Numbered from the stretch's first letter, positions 8,682 to 15,972 are shown. The stretch: DNA of 24,331 nt from Candidatus Adlerbacteria bacterium (GCA_043784715.1 JAYVXZ010000029.1:1-24331); one strand, 5' to 3'. The notes: generated from the sequence alone by a model not told the origin. Translations and numbers: made by a program.

Positions 8682-8710
8682 TTGACAAAGCTATATATTA
8701 GTAATATAAT
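8682..8710 (+). promoter_or_regulatory. Perfect-consensus sigma70 promoter
   Basis: TTGACA(8682-8687)-17-TATAAT(8705-8710). Confidence 0.85.
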
Positions 8711-8746
8711 ATAGCTTGAAATCGTTGTTATAGAAGGAATTCGCAA

Positions 8747-9157
8747 ATGCGTCGTTTTCTTATCGTTTTGACTTGCCTAACCGGAGTAGTTGGTCTGAGC
8801 GCCTGTGCGCCCGGACAAGCAGGAAGGGTTGACTTGGGTGCCGGTCCCTTTCGGGTCGGTGTCGGTGGTGCCGGAGCTATTCCGGTTGCCGGCGGCCCTG
8901 CATACGGTCCGGGACGACCCATGATGCAGGGCGGCCCTGCTCCATATGGAGCGCCCGGTGGCCCGGATACGTCCGACCCGCTGCTAGCGCGGATGGCAGC
9001 TCTGGGTCGTCCCGAGGGCTTGAAGTTTGATGTGGCCACAAACCCCGAAGCAACAGCTCGATGCCGTGGTGACATTGTGCTGGACAATGACAACGCAGTA
9101 CCTTTACAAGGTGGAAAAGTTTACTTCCCGTACAAGTGCCTTCAGAACGGAAGGTAA
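8747..9157 (+). CDS. Small Gly/Pro-rich putative lipoprotein
   Basis: MRR + hydrophobic core + lipobox LSAC; AGAAGGA SD-like site; two further Cys near the C-terminus. Confidence 0.7.
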   Translation: MRRFLIVLTCLTGVVGLSACAPGQAGRVDLGAGPFRVGVGGAGAIPVAGGPAYGPGRPMMQGGPAPYGAPGGPDTSDPLLARMAALGRPEGLKFDVATNPEATARCRGDIVLDNDNAVPLQGGKVYFPYKCLQNGR

Positions 9158-9163
9158 TTAACC

Positions 9164-9315
9164 GAGTGGAGGGTGGTGCAATTGCGCCACCCCTACTCAC
9201 CATTAATTGTATTGATGCAGACATACGGCCCATCTCAATCATTGAGGTGGTCAGCTATGTCTTCATGAGTCTTACTCTGGAGCAGATGTTCTTCACAACT
9301 CCCGCACTCGCGGGA
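9164..9315 (+). other. Structured intergenic region with three hairpins
   Basis: Stems at 9164-9198, 9219-9262 and 9300-9315 read directly from the sequence. Confidence 0.6.
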
Positions 9316-9333
9316 CAACACACGAGGTAAGCA

Positions 9334-10074
9334 ATGCGTAAGTTTTTGTCTATCGGTTTGCTCGCGCTGCTTGCAGCGTGCGCAACTCCACAAGCTCCAC
9401 GGCAAGCACAGCGTGTGCCTCAACCGGGACCACGCGCGCAAGCACTCGGCCCCACTTGCCAACCCGGCGAGTTGGTCCGAAACGGCCCAGCAATCTTGCC
9501 GGTCGCCGTGGTCGCGGTCGAAGAGACGCTTGCTACGATGGGGATCATAGACGATCTCCAGCGCGGCATTCTCAATAAACCGCGCCCCGAGCAGGTTGCC
9601 ATCATGTCGGATACCACCCGTCAGATAGCTATGGCGGCACACAACGGACAGATCGAGCCGTTCGCCGGTCATGCCGTCGCACGGTACTTGATCCACTGGA
9701 CAAACCCGCTACCGCCGCAACTGCCGTTCTTCGGGGGAGACAACATCTGCCGGGGCATGGTCGCGGTAGAGCCTATCACTGACGGTATCTACCAAGTACG
9801 CGTTCCGCTTGATGGCGGACAGTGGAAAGGCCAAGTTGGTCTGGTGTTCCCCCGAGAAGCTTTCGTTACCCCGCACCAACGTGCGTGGGTGTGCGTCGGC
9901 ATCGAAGGTGGCTCACACCTCGCCTACCAGCCGCCGCTTCGGGAAGGTCCCTACAAGGATATCCCTGACTTAATCTGCGGACTACCCGACCCACAAGGGG
10001 GCATCACGCTCCTGGGTCGGTCGGCTCAAACTACCAAGTTTGAGATGTTTCCATTCGTTGTCGCAAGGAGGTGA
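9334..10074 (+). CDS. Putative lipoprotein, module gene A1 (paralog of 12271-12972)
   Basis: Lipobox LAAC; four further Cys collinear with A2; GAGGT SD. Confidence 0.8.
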   Translation: MRKFLSIGLLALLAACATPQAPRQAQRVPQPGPRAQALGPTCQPGELVRNGPAILPVAVVAVEETLATMGIIDDLQRGILNKPRPEQVAIMSDTTRQIAMAAHNGQIEPFAGHAVARYLIHWTNPLPPQLPFFGGDNICRGMVAVEPITDGIYQVRVPLDGGQWKGQVGLVFPREAFVTPHQRAWVCVGIEGGSHLAYQPPLREGPYKDIPDLICGLPDPQGGITLLGRSAQTTKFEMFPFVVARR

Positions 10075-10075
10075 C

Positions 10076-10636
10076 ATGCAACGCCGACATCTGCTACAGT
10101 CGCTTGCTGTGACAGCGCTGGTGGGGCTCAACCCCCACCGCGTACTCGCAGCATCTAACGAGTTCGAATGGGTACACCCTGGCGGTGACCCGTACGATCC
10201 GGACGGAACGCAGCCTTTACTACCGGCTCTACACATTCTGAACAAGGATGGATTCATTCCACCTTGGGCGGTCGCAGAGCTGGAAGGGAAGATGTCTCGG
10301 GGAGATTTTTTCTCCGACTCAATTCCTAACACCGGCGACTACCTGTTCCACCGGATGCTTTTTAGTCACCGGAAAGTTACGGTGGCGAGGAACGTGCGGG
10401 CTCGAACACAAGACGCCGGCTGGGTCGGTATCACGCGCGAGCTGCGAGTGTATGTTGCCAGTCAAGGTGGGCTGCGCTACTATGCAGTCCTTCCGAGAGT
10501 CTGTGGCAACCTCGCGGTACGCCGGGTCGAATATGGCCGCTGTGTCCCCGACGACCGGTTGTGCGATGCGAATTGCATAGCCGACCAGTCGGAACTGCAG
10601 CGTCGGCAGTATAATCCGACCGGCAAATTTCGCTAA
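10076..10636 (+). CDS. Exported Cys-rich protein, module gene B1, with a twin-arginine-like signal (paralog of 12969-13520)
   Basis: AAGGAGGTG SD overlaps the A1 stop, so the start is 10076 rather than 10040; MQRRHLL..VLA-A signal; WVHPGGDPY...LPRVCGNLA...GRC...CDANC. Confidence 0.8.
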   Translation: MQRRHLLQSLAVTALVGLNPHRVLAASNEFEWVHPGGDPYDPDGTQPLLPALHILNKDGFIPPWAVAELEGKMSRGDFFSDSIPNTGDYLFHRMLFSHRKVTVARNVRARTQDAGWVGITRELRVYVASQGGLRYYAVLPRVCGNLAVRRVEYGRCVPDDRLCDANCIADQSELQRRQYNPTGKFR

Positions 10637-10655
10637 ACTGCCTTCTGTGTTCTTG

Positions 10656-10690
10656 GTGGGAGCCCTAACAAGCTCCCATCCCTTCTTTTG
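10656..10690 (+). terminator. Probable terminator after B1
   Basis: gtgggagc-cctaacaa-gctcccat followed by cccttcttttg. Confidence 0.6.
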
Positions 10691-10729
10691 TGCCGATTTT
10701 GGTATCGACTCAGAAGAAGGGAAGACCCC

Positions 10730-10758
10730 TTGACAGTATTAATCAAAGGTGCTAAGGT
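10730..10758 (+). promoter_or_regulatory. Sigma70 promoter for C1
   Basis: TTGACA-17-TAAGGT with TGC extension. Confidence 0.65.
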
Positions 10759-10789
10759 ATAACACATTAGTTAATAGTTACAAGCATAT

Positions 10790-12064
10790 ATGAATATCAT
10801 TAAGTCAACAGTATTTGGGCTCAGTATGGCATTTTTTGCTATCGCTATGGTCGTGAGCACCCCAGTAGCGCACGCTCAGTGGGATGGGAGTGGGTTTGAT
10901 AGCGGCACTTTTGACGGCGGCGGATGCTGCAGTGTCGATGCTGGAGTCACTGACTTCGGCGGCGGCGTATATTCTCCGGATTTCGGCGGCGGTGTTTACT
11001 CACCTGACTATGGAGGCGGCGTATATTCTCCGGACCAGGGCTATGCTCCTGGTGGTTACACGCAGGGCGGATACAGCTCTCCCGGCTACTACGGTGGGAG
11101 CTCATCGTACTCATCTCCTTCGTACTATTCTTCGACACCTTCATATTCTTCTAACTATGCTCCGTATCACAGTAGTACGTATGCTCCGACTACGAGCTCG
11201 ACTTTCGCTCCATACACAAGCTCTGTGTACTCTCCATACACTCACACTGTTCGCGACAATGGCAACTCTTGCATTACGCCGGGAAGCTGCTCGACTGATA
11301 GTCACAACGATAATCACACAACGACTACCACTCGCGACAACGGCAACACCAGCACGTGCACCAACCCATACAGCTGCTCGACGACTACGACGACCAGCGT
11401 CCACGACAACAACAACACGATCGACAGTAACAACTCTTGCGTGCAACCGGGTTCCTGCTCGACTACCACCACGACGACCGACAGTCACAACACGACTATC
11501 TCGAGCCCAACGACTATCAATAGTCCTATCAACATAACTTCAAGCAACCCTCCTGCAAGTCAGACGCAGATAATCTACAACAACCCTGCGCCACAGCCCG
11601 TCAGCTATTCCTACACCAGCCCAACACCCACACCGTATGTTGCGCAACAGCAGCAAATAGTTGGCGGCGTCGCCCAGCAGCAGCAATATGTTGGCGCGGT
11701 AGCACAGCAGCAAGTGGTTTACCGTGCGCCTCGTCCGACAGTACCCTATGTGACATTGTCACAGGTGCCGTACACCGGACTTGAACTTGGGCCAGCAGGC
11801 CTAGTTATGTACTGGAGCTTCCTCGTCTTGTGGTGCCTCTTTATGGCCTACCTCATTGTAGTTAAGCAAATGCACATCAAGCTTGCCCACACACTCAAGA
11901 GCGTCGTCTTCGGCGACGAAATAGACACTGCGCCAGCAACTCCCGCTGACGAGTCGGTTGAAGTGACCGACCAGTATCGAACGCTTTCAGTATACTCAGC
12001 GCCGGAAGTGAAGAAGGTAGATGCAATCGACGACTTCATCTTGACCCAGATACACCGCGCGTAA
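10790..12064 (+). CDS. Low-complexity surface protein with a VPYTG putative sortase sorting signal, module gene C1
   Basis: Signal peptide ending VAHA; G/Y/S/T-rich repeats; PYVTLSQVPYTG (11765-11779 for VPYTG) + TM + KQMHIK. Confidence 0.85.
   Translation: MNIIKSTVFGLSMAFFAIAMVVSTPVAHAQWDGSGFDSGTFDGGGCCSVDAGVTDFGGGVYSPDFGGGVYSPDYGGGVYSPDQGYAPGGYTQGGYSSPGYYGGSSSYSSPSYYSSTPSYSSNYAPYHSSTYAPTTSSTFAPYTSSVYSPYTHTVRDNGNSCITPGSCSTDSHNDNHTTTTTRDNGNTSTCTNPYSCSTTTTTSVHDNNNTIDSNNSCVQPGSCSTTTTTTDSHNTTISSPTTINSPINITSSNPPASQTQIIYNNPAPQPVSYSYTSPTPTPYVAQQQQIVGGVAQQQQYVGAVAQQQVVYRAPRPTVPYVTLSQVPYTGLELGPAGLVMYWSFLVLWCLFMAYLIVVKQMHIKLAHTLKSVVFGDEIDTAPATPADESVEVTDQYRTLSVYSAPEVKKVDAIDDFILTQIHRA
10952..11032 (+). 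repeat. 3 x 27-bp coding tandem repeat (D[FY]GGGVYSP)
   Basis: gacttcggcggcggcgtatattctccg and two synonymous variants. Confidence 0.9.
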
Positions 12065-12085
12065 TTACAATACAATTGTTTAGTG

Positions 12086-12116
12086 CAAAATCCCCACCAA
12101 CTCGGTGGGGATTTTG
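12086..12116. terminator. Terminator after C1
   Basis: caaaatccccacc-aactc-ggtggggattttg. Confidence 0.85.
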
Positions 12117-12144
12117 GTAACTCTCTTTCTTTGTTCAAAAAATG

Positions 12145-12173
12145 TTGCATAATTTGTAAAAGTGTGGTAGAAG
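12145..12173 (+). promoter_or_regulatory. Possible promoter for A2-B2
   Basis: TTGCAT-17-TAGAAG with TGG extension; the last T of the -10 is missing. Confidence 0.35.
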
Positions 12174-12270
12174 AGTTGCAGCAGGCCCTCTGAAAAGTGT
12201 CAAGTGCATGTGCACTTCATGCGCAATACAGAGGAATAGAGTAAGACAATAATAGAGGAGGAAATGCGCA

Positions 12271-12972
12271 ATGCGTACATTTTTTGGCTTAGTGCTTGGG
12301 CTGGCGCTTCTTGCCGGCTGTTCGCAGCCGGGAGAGCGGAAGACTTACACTCGGGAAGCTCAAGCGGCTTTGAGTTTTCCTTTGGAATGTCCTCGTGGCA
12401 CGGTTATGCGTGCGAAGGACTCCGGAGGAAGATTTAAGTTTCTACGCTCCCCGGTCGAGCAAGATGGTCTGGAGGTGTTACGACTTTTGCAAACACTGGG
12501 TCCATTGCCTCGCGACCATATGGCAATGCTATATGGTGTCGATAAAGGAACAGTGCAGCCGTACCACGGTCCAGGATATGTCTTGTGGTACTTCCAAGCG
12601 CACGCTGGCTTACCGGCCAAACTGCCTTGGGTCGACCACGAAGGTGCGTGCATGGGCAGTACACCCGTTGTGCCGTCGGAGGAGCACCCAGGTTGGGTGT
12701 ACGGGAAGGTGCCGCACTGGGCGCGCGTTAATGTGCCAACCGAAGTGCTGACCCGAGGCGACGTGTGCGCGAAAGCGTATCACTTCGAAACGGTGCATGA
12801 CGTCAAACAAACGGCAGGTTCCTTTATTGGGCTGCCGGGAATCATATGCTCGCACCCGGGACATACGCAAGAGGTTTTGCAAACCGGATACGACGGCGTG
12901 CTATTCATCTTCGTTACGCCGAGCGGTGCGCCACCAATCTATAAAACGATCATCGGGAGTCCGCAGGGATGA
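12271..12972 (+). CDS. Putative lipoprotein, module gene A2
   Basis: Lipobox LAGC; GAGGAGG SD; motifs collinear with A1. Confidence 0.8.
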   Translation: MRTFFGLVLGLALLAGCSQPGERKTYTREAQAALSFPLECPRGTVMRAKDSGGRFKFLRSPVEQDGLEVLRLLQTLGPLPRDHMAMLYGVDKGTVQPYHGPGYVLWYFQAHAGLPAKLPWVDHEGACMGSTPVVPSEEHPGWVYGKVPHWARVNVPTEVLTRGDVCAKAYHFETVHDVKQTAGSFIGLPGIICSHPGHTQEVLQTGYDGVLFIFVTPSGAPPIYKTIIGSPQG

Positions 12973-13520
12973 GATTTGCTTTCTTTGGCCTTTTAGGAGG
13001 CCTGATGCTGCTCGTCTCTCCGGAGGCTCACAGCGATACGGTATGGAACAAACCGAACATTGCCCCGTACCTCACCAAGGAGGAGCTAAAAAAACCGCAA
13101 ATTGTGTTAGCCAAGATCGGCGAAGCGCTTGACATTGTGGTTGTCCAAAATCTGGTTCCCAAACTGGAAGGAGCGCGCTTGAAGGAAATGGGTGCAAAGC
13201 TCCTTCTGTCCAATGAGCGCCCGGAGGACTGCCGAAGATCGGTTATTCCTGTCGGAATGCAAATCACGATGATGAGTTCGGGCGCAGACAAATACATCCC
13301 GAATGCCATTGCCGGTCCGTGGGCAGGTATGCCAGGAGCTAACAACGGCGCGTGGATGTGCCGCGTGTCTGTGCCCAGTCGCAACCAGGAGGTATATCTG
13401 GTGATACCCGACGTATGCGCAAACATTTCGCTCATCGTGATGCAAAACGGAGTCTGTATCAAGAATCCGTATGCGTGTGATGGTGATTGTGCGACGTACG
13501 CGAAGGAGTTCGTTTCGTAA
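12969..13520 (+). CDS. Exported Cys-rich protein, module gene B2
   Basis: ATGA overlap with A2; Sec-type signal ending EAHS; WNKPNIAPY...IPDVCANIS...GVC...CDGDC. Confidence 0.8.
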   Translation: MRFAFFGLLGGLMLLVSPEAHSDTVWNKPNIAPYLTKEELKKPQIVLAKIGEALDIVVVQNLVPKLEGARLKEMGAKLLLSNERPEDCRRSVIPVGMQITMMSSGADKYIPNAIAGPWAGMPGANNGAWMCRVSVPSRNQEVYLVIPDVCANISLIVMQNGVCIKNPYACDGDCATYAKEFVS

Positions 13521-13528
13521 GTGCTTTA

Positions 13529-13572
13529 GGGCGGGAGATGCGGCGTCGTGCTGCATCCCTCGGCCTCTTTTT
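13529..13572 (+). terminator. Probable terminator after B2
   Basis: gatgcggc-gtcgt-gctgcatc core stem followed by ctcttttt. Confidence 0.5.
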
Positions 13573-13636
13573 AAGAGCCGAATGTAATCGACTTTTGGAA
13601 AGGGGCCAGAACATTATTACAAATTAGTTTACTATC

Positions 13637-15967
13637 ATGCATTCAACAACAAAGAAAATCGGGGCAGCAGCACTCTTGCTTTGGAGTGTCTTGTTTGTTG
13701 CCATTTTTATTTTTAAATCAGCGCCTGCTGTGTCGCATGTAAACTCCGGAAGCGCTCTCTCTTTCTTAGGAGTACTTGCACATGCTGAAGATGGCGGGGG
13801 ATCCGACGGCGGAAATGGTGGAGGAGCTGGCGCTGGGGGCTCAGACGCTGGCGGCAGTAATGGCGGCTCAGCTGACGGTAACGGCTCTGGTGGAGCGGCA
13901 GGAGGAGATTGTGGTGGTTGTGGATCGCCATCTGAGCCTTCTGCTCCGGTTGGACCTGGAGCTCCTATCGATGTAGGCGGTGGCGGTGCGGGTGGGCCCA
14001 TTGCGATTGCTCCTACTCCGGTACCACCTGCACTAGGGACCATACAGGGGTATAAAGTTGATGCGAATAAACAAATTGCATTTGCGGAGCAAACTATCAC
14101 AGCGCTTGGTAGCTCACAGCCACCAACGAGTGGAACGAACCCGTACTTCATCACTAACCTTGTCCCGGGCGGGTACAATGTCACTTCGACTGCGCCTTCA
14201 GGCTATAGTGTTTCATATTGTATTGGCGAAAATTGCGGCGGCGGCGGGGATGCATATACCCCAGGAAGCACGGCGCATGTTGTCGTGCCACCAAATGGTG
14301 CGGTTAACTTATGGTGGTCGTACGCGGCAATTCCTCTACCACCACCGCCAGTATGTCCTGTAGGGACGACCGGCACGTACCCGAACTGTGTAACACCTCC
14401 GCCTCCCGTGTGTCCCGGAGGAACAACTGGGACGTACCCACATTGTGTCACTCCACCTCCACCGCAGTGTCCGACGGGCACTACGGGTACCTATCCTAAC
14501 TGCGTTACGCCTCCGCCTATTCTGTGTCCTGTAGGAACGACGGGTATGTATCCAAACTGCGTTGCGCCTACTCCAGAGTGTCCTGAAGGAACTACCGGCA
14601 CCTATCCACATTGTAAAACTCCTACTCCTGAATGCCCGGTCGGAACCTCTGGCACATACCCAAACTGTGTTGTGCCTACTCCAGAGTGTCCGGTCGGAAC
14701 TACCGGCACCTATCCTAACTGTGTTACGCCAACACCCAAGTGTCCGGCGGGAACATGGGGTACCTATCCAGACTGCAAAGTTCCTACGCCAAAGTGCCCT
14801 GCTGGCACAAGTGGTTCGTATCCAAACTGTGTAACTCCTACTCCGGAGTGTCCTCAAGGAACGACGGGCACCTACCCAGACTGCAAAGTTCCAAACCCAA
14901 CATGTCCTTCAGGAACGTATGGTACCTATCCTGATTGCAAAGTTCCAAATCCAACGTGCCCAACCGGCACTTACGGCACCTATCCAAATTGTGTGACGCC
15001 AACACCAAAGTGTCCTGAAGGAACCTGGGGCACCTACCCGGACTGCAAAGTCCCGACACCCAAATGTCCAATTAGCACGAGTGGTTTGTATCCTAACTGT
15101 GTCGTGCCAACACCGGTGTGTCCAAGCGGCACGAGCGGTTCGTACCCGGACTGCAAAGTTCCGACTCCGGTATGTCCGGCTGGGACCAGCGGCACATACC
15201 CTATATGTACGACGCCAACGCCCGTGTGTCCAAATGGAACCAACGGCTCATATCCTAATTGTGTTGTGCCAACGCCAAACTGCCCGGCCGGAACAAGTGG
15301 CACATACCCAAACTGCGTAGTACCAACTCCGCAGTGTCCAGCAGGAACGACCGGCACATATCCAAACTGCGTAGTACCAACGCCGCAGTGCCCAACAGGC
15401 ACAACGGGTATGTATCCTAATTGTGTTGTACCACAGCCGGTCTGCCCGGTCGGTATGACTGGATTCTATCCAAATTGTATTCCTCCATATACGCCGCCCC
15501 CAGTTTATTCGTACCCAGTCTGTTCGATAACGGTATCCAACTCTCAGGCATCCTATGGCCAGCCGGTTACCGTTTCTTGGACAACGCGCGATACTAACTC
15601 GGGTTGGATAGAGAACATCGGCTCGGTCGGCTACTACGGCTCGGTCCAGATGACGCCTGCGTATACGACAAACTATGTTGGCCACTTTATGGGCAACAAT
15701 GGCCAGCAGGTAACCTGCTCGGCAACGGTCAATATCCAACAGCTCCCACCCCCACCACCGTTGCCGCCGATATACATGACGCCGCATATGCCATACATCA
15801 CACTGTCTCAAGTGCCGTATACCGGTCTAGCGCTGGGGGCATTCGGTAACGCGATGTACTTTGGGCTCCTCGGGCTCTGGCTTAGTCTTATGGGGTACTT
15901 GGTTGTGGTTAAGAAACTCCACCATCACCTCGGCGCATACCTGGGCCGCACCTGGTATAGCGCGTAA
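13637..15967 (+). CDS. Large Cys/Pro repeat surface protein with a VPYTG putative sorting signal, module gene C2
   Basis: Signal ending LAHA; Gly-rich segment; SdrD-B/CnaB-like domain (GTIQGYKVD...LVPGGYNVT); 21 Cys repeats; Ig-like domain; PYITLSQVPYTG (15812-15826 for VPYTG) + TM + KKLHHH. Confidence 0.88.
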   Translation: MHSTTKKIGAAALLLWSVLFVAIFIFKSAPAVSHVNSGSALSFLGVLAHAEDGGGSDGGNGGGAGAGGSDAGGSNGGSADGNGSGGAAGGDCGGCGSPSEPSAPVGPGAPIDVGGGGAGGPIAIAPTPVPPALGTIQGYKVDANKQIAFAEQTITALGSSQPPTSGTNPYFITNLVPGGYNVTSTAPSGYSVSYCIGENCGGGGDAYTPGSTAHVVVPPNGAVNLWWSYAAIPLPPPPVCPVGTTGTYPNCVTPPPPVCPGGTTGTYPHCVTPPPPQCPTGTTGTYPNCVTPPPILCPVGTTGMYPNCVAPTPECPEGTTGTYPHCKTPTPECPVGTSGTYPNCVVPTPECPVGTTGTYPNCVTPTPKCPAGTWGTYPDCKVPTPKCPAGTSGSYPNCVTPTPECPQGTTGTYPDCKVPNPTCPSGTYGTYPDCKVPNPTCPTGTYGTYPNCVTPTPKCPEGTWGTYPDCKVPTPKCPISTSGLYPNCVVPTPVCPSGTSGSYPDCKVPTPVCPAGTSGTYPICTTPTPVCPNGTNGSYPNCVVPTPNCPAGTSGTYPNCVVPTPQCPAGTTGTYPNCVVPTPQCPTGTTGMYPNCVVPQPVCPVGMTGFYPNCIPPYTPPPVYSYPVCSITVSNSQASYGQPVTVSWTTRDTNSGWIENIGSVGYYGSVQMTPAYTTNYVGHFMGNNGQQVTCSATVNIQQLPPPPPLPPIYMTPHMPYITLSQVPYTGLALGAFGNAMYFGLLGLWLSLMGYLVVVKKLHHHLGAYLGRTWYSA
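14354..15478 (+). repeat. 21 tandem 18-19-aa repeats, consensus CPxGTxGTYP[ND]CxxPTPx (54-57 bp)
   Basis: Counted in the translation: first three units 19 aa, the next 17 units 18 aa, last unit partial. Confidence 0.95.
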
Positions 15968-15972
15968 AGGAC

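Noticed and set aside
8400-9157. Homology between the C-terminus of the 7113-8618 protein and the small lipoprotein
   Set aside because: Only Gly/Pro composition and two terminal Cys are shared; there are no alignable blocks.
10040-10075. B1 start at 10040
   Set aside because: It overlaps A1; a strong AAGGAGGTG SD precedes ATG 10076, which exposes the RR signal.
7064-12218. Shared operator made of GCAC/GTGC palindromes (gcacacttgtgtgc near 7065, gtggtgcaattgcgccac near 9173, aagtgcatgtgcactt near 12202)
   Set aside because: Each is a local palindrome, but spacing and sequence differ and no common consensus can be written.
14354-15478. CRISPR array or non-coding tandem repeat
   Set aside because: Units are 54-57 nt, in frame and vary at synonymous positions. 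There are no constant repeats with unique spacers and no cas genes.
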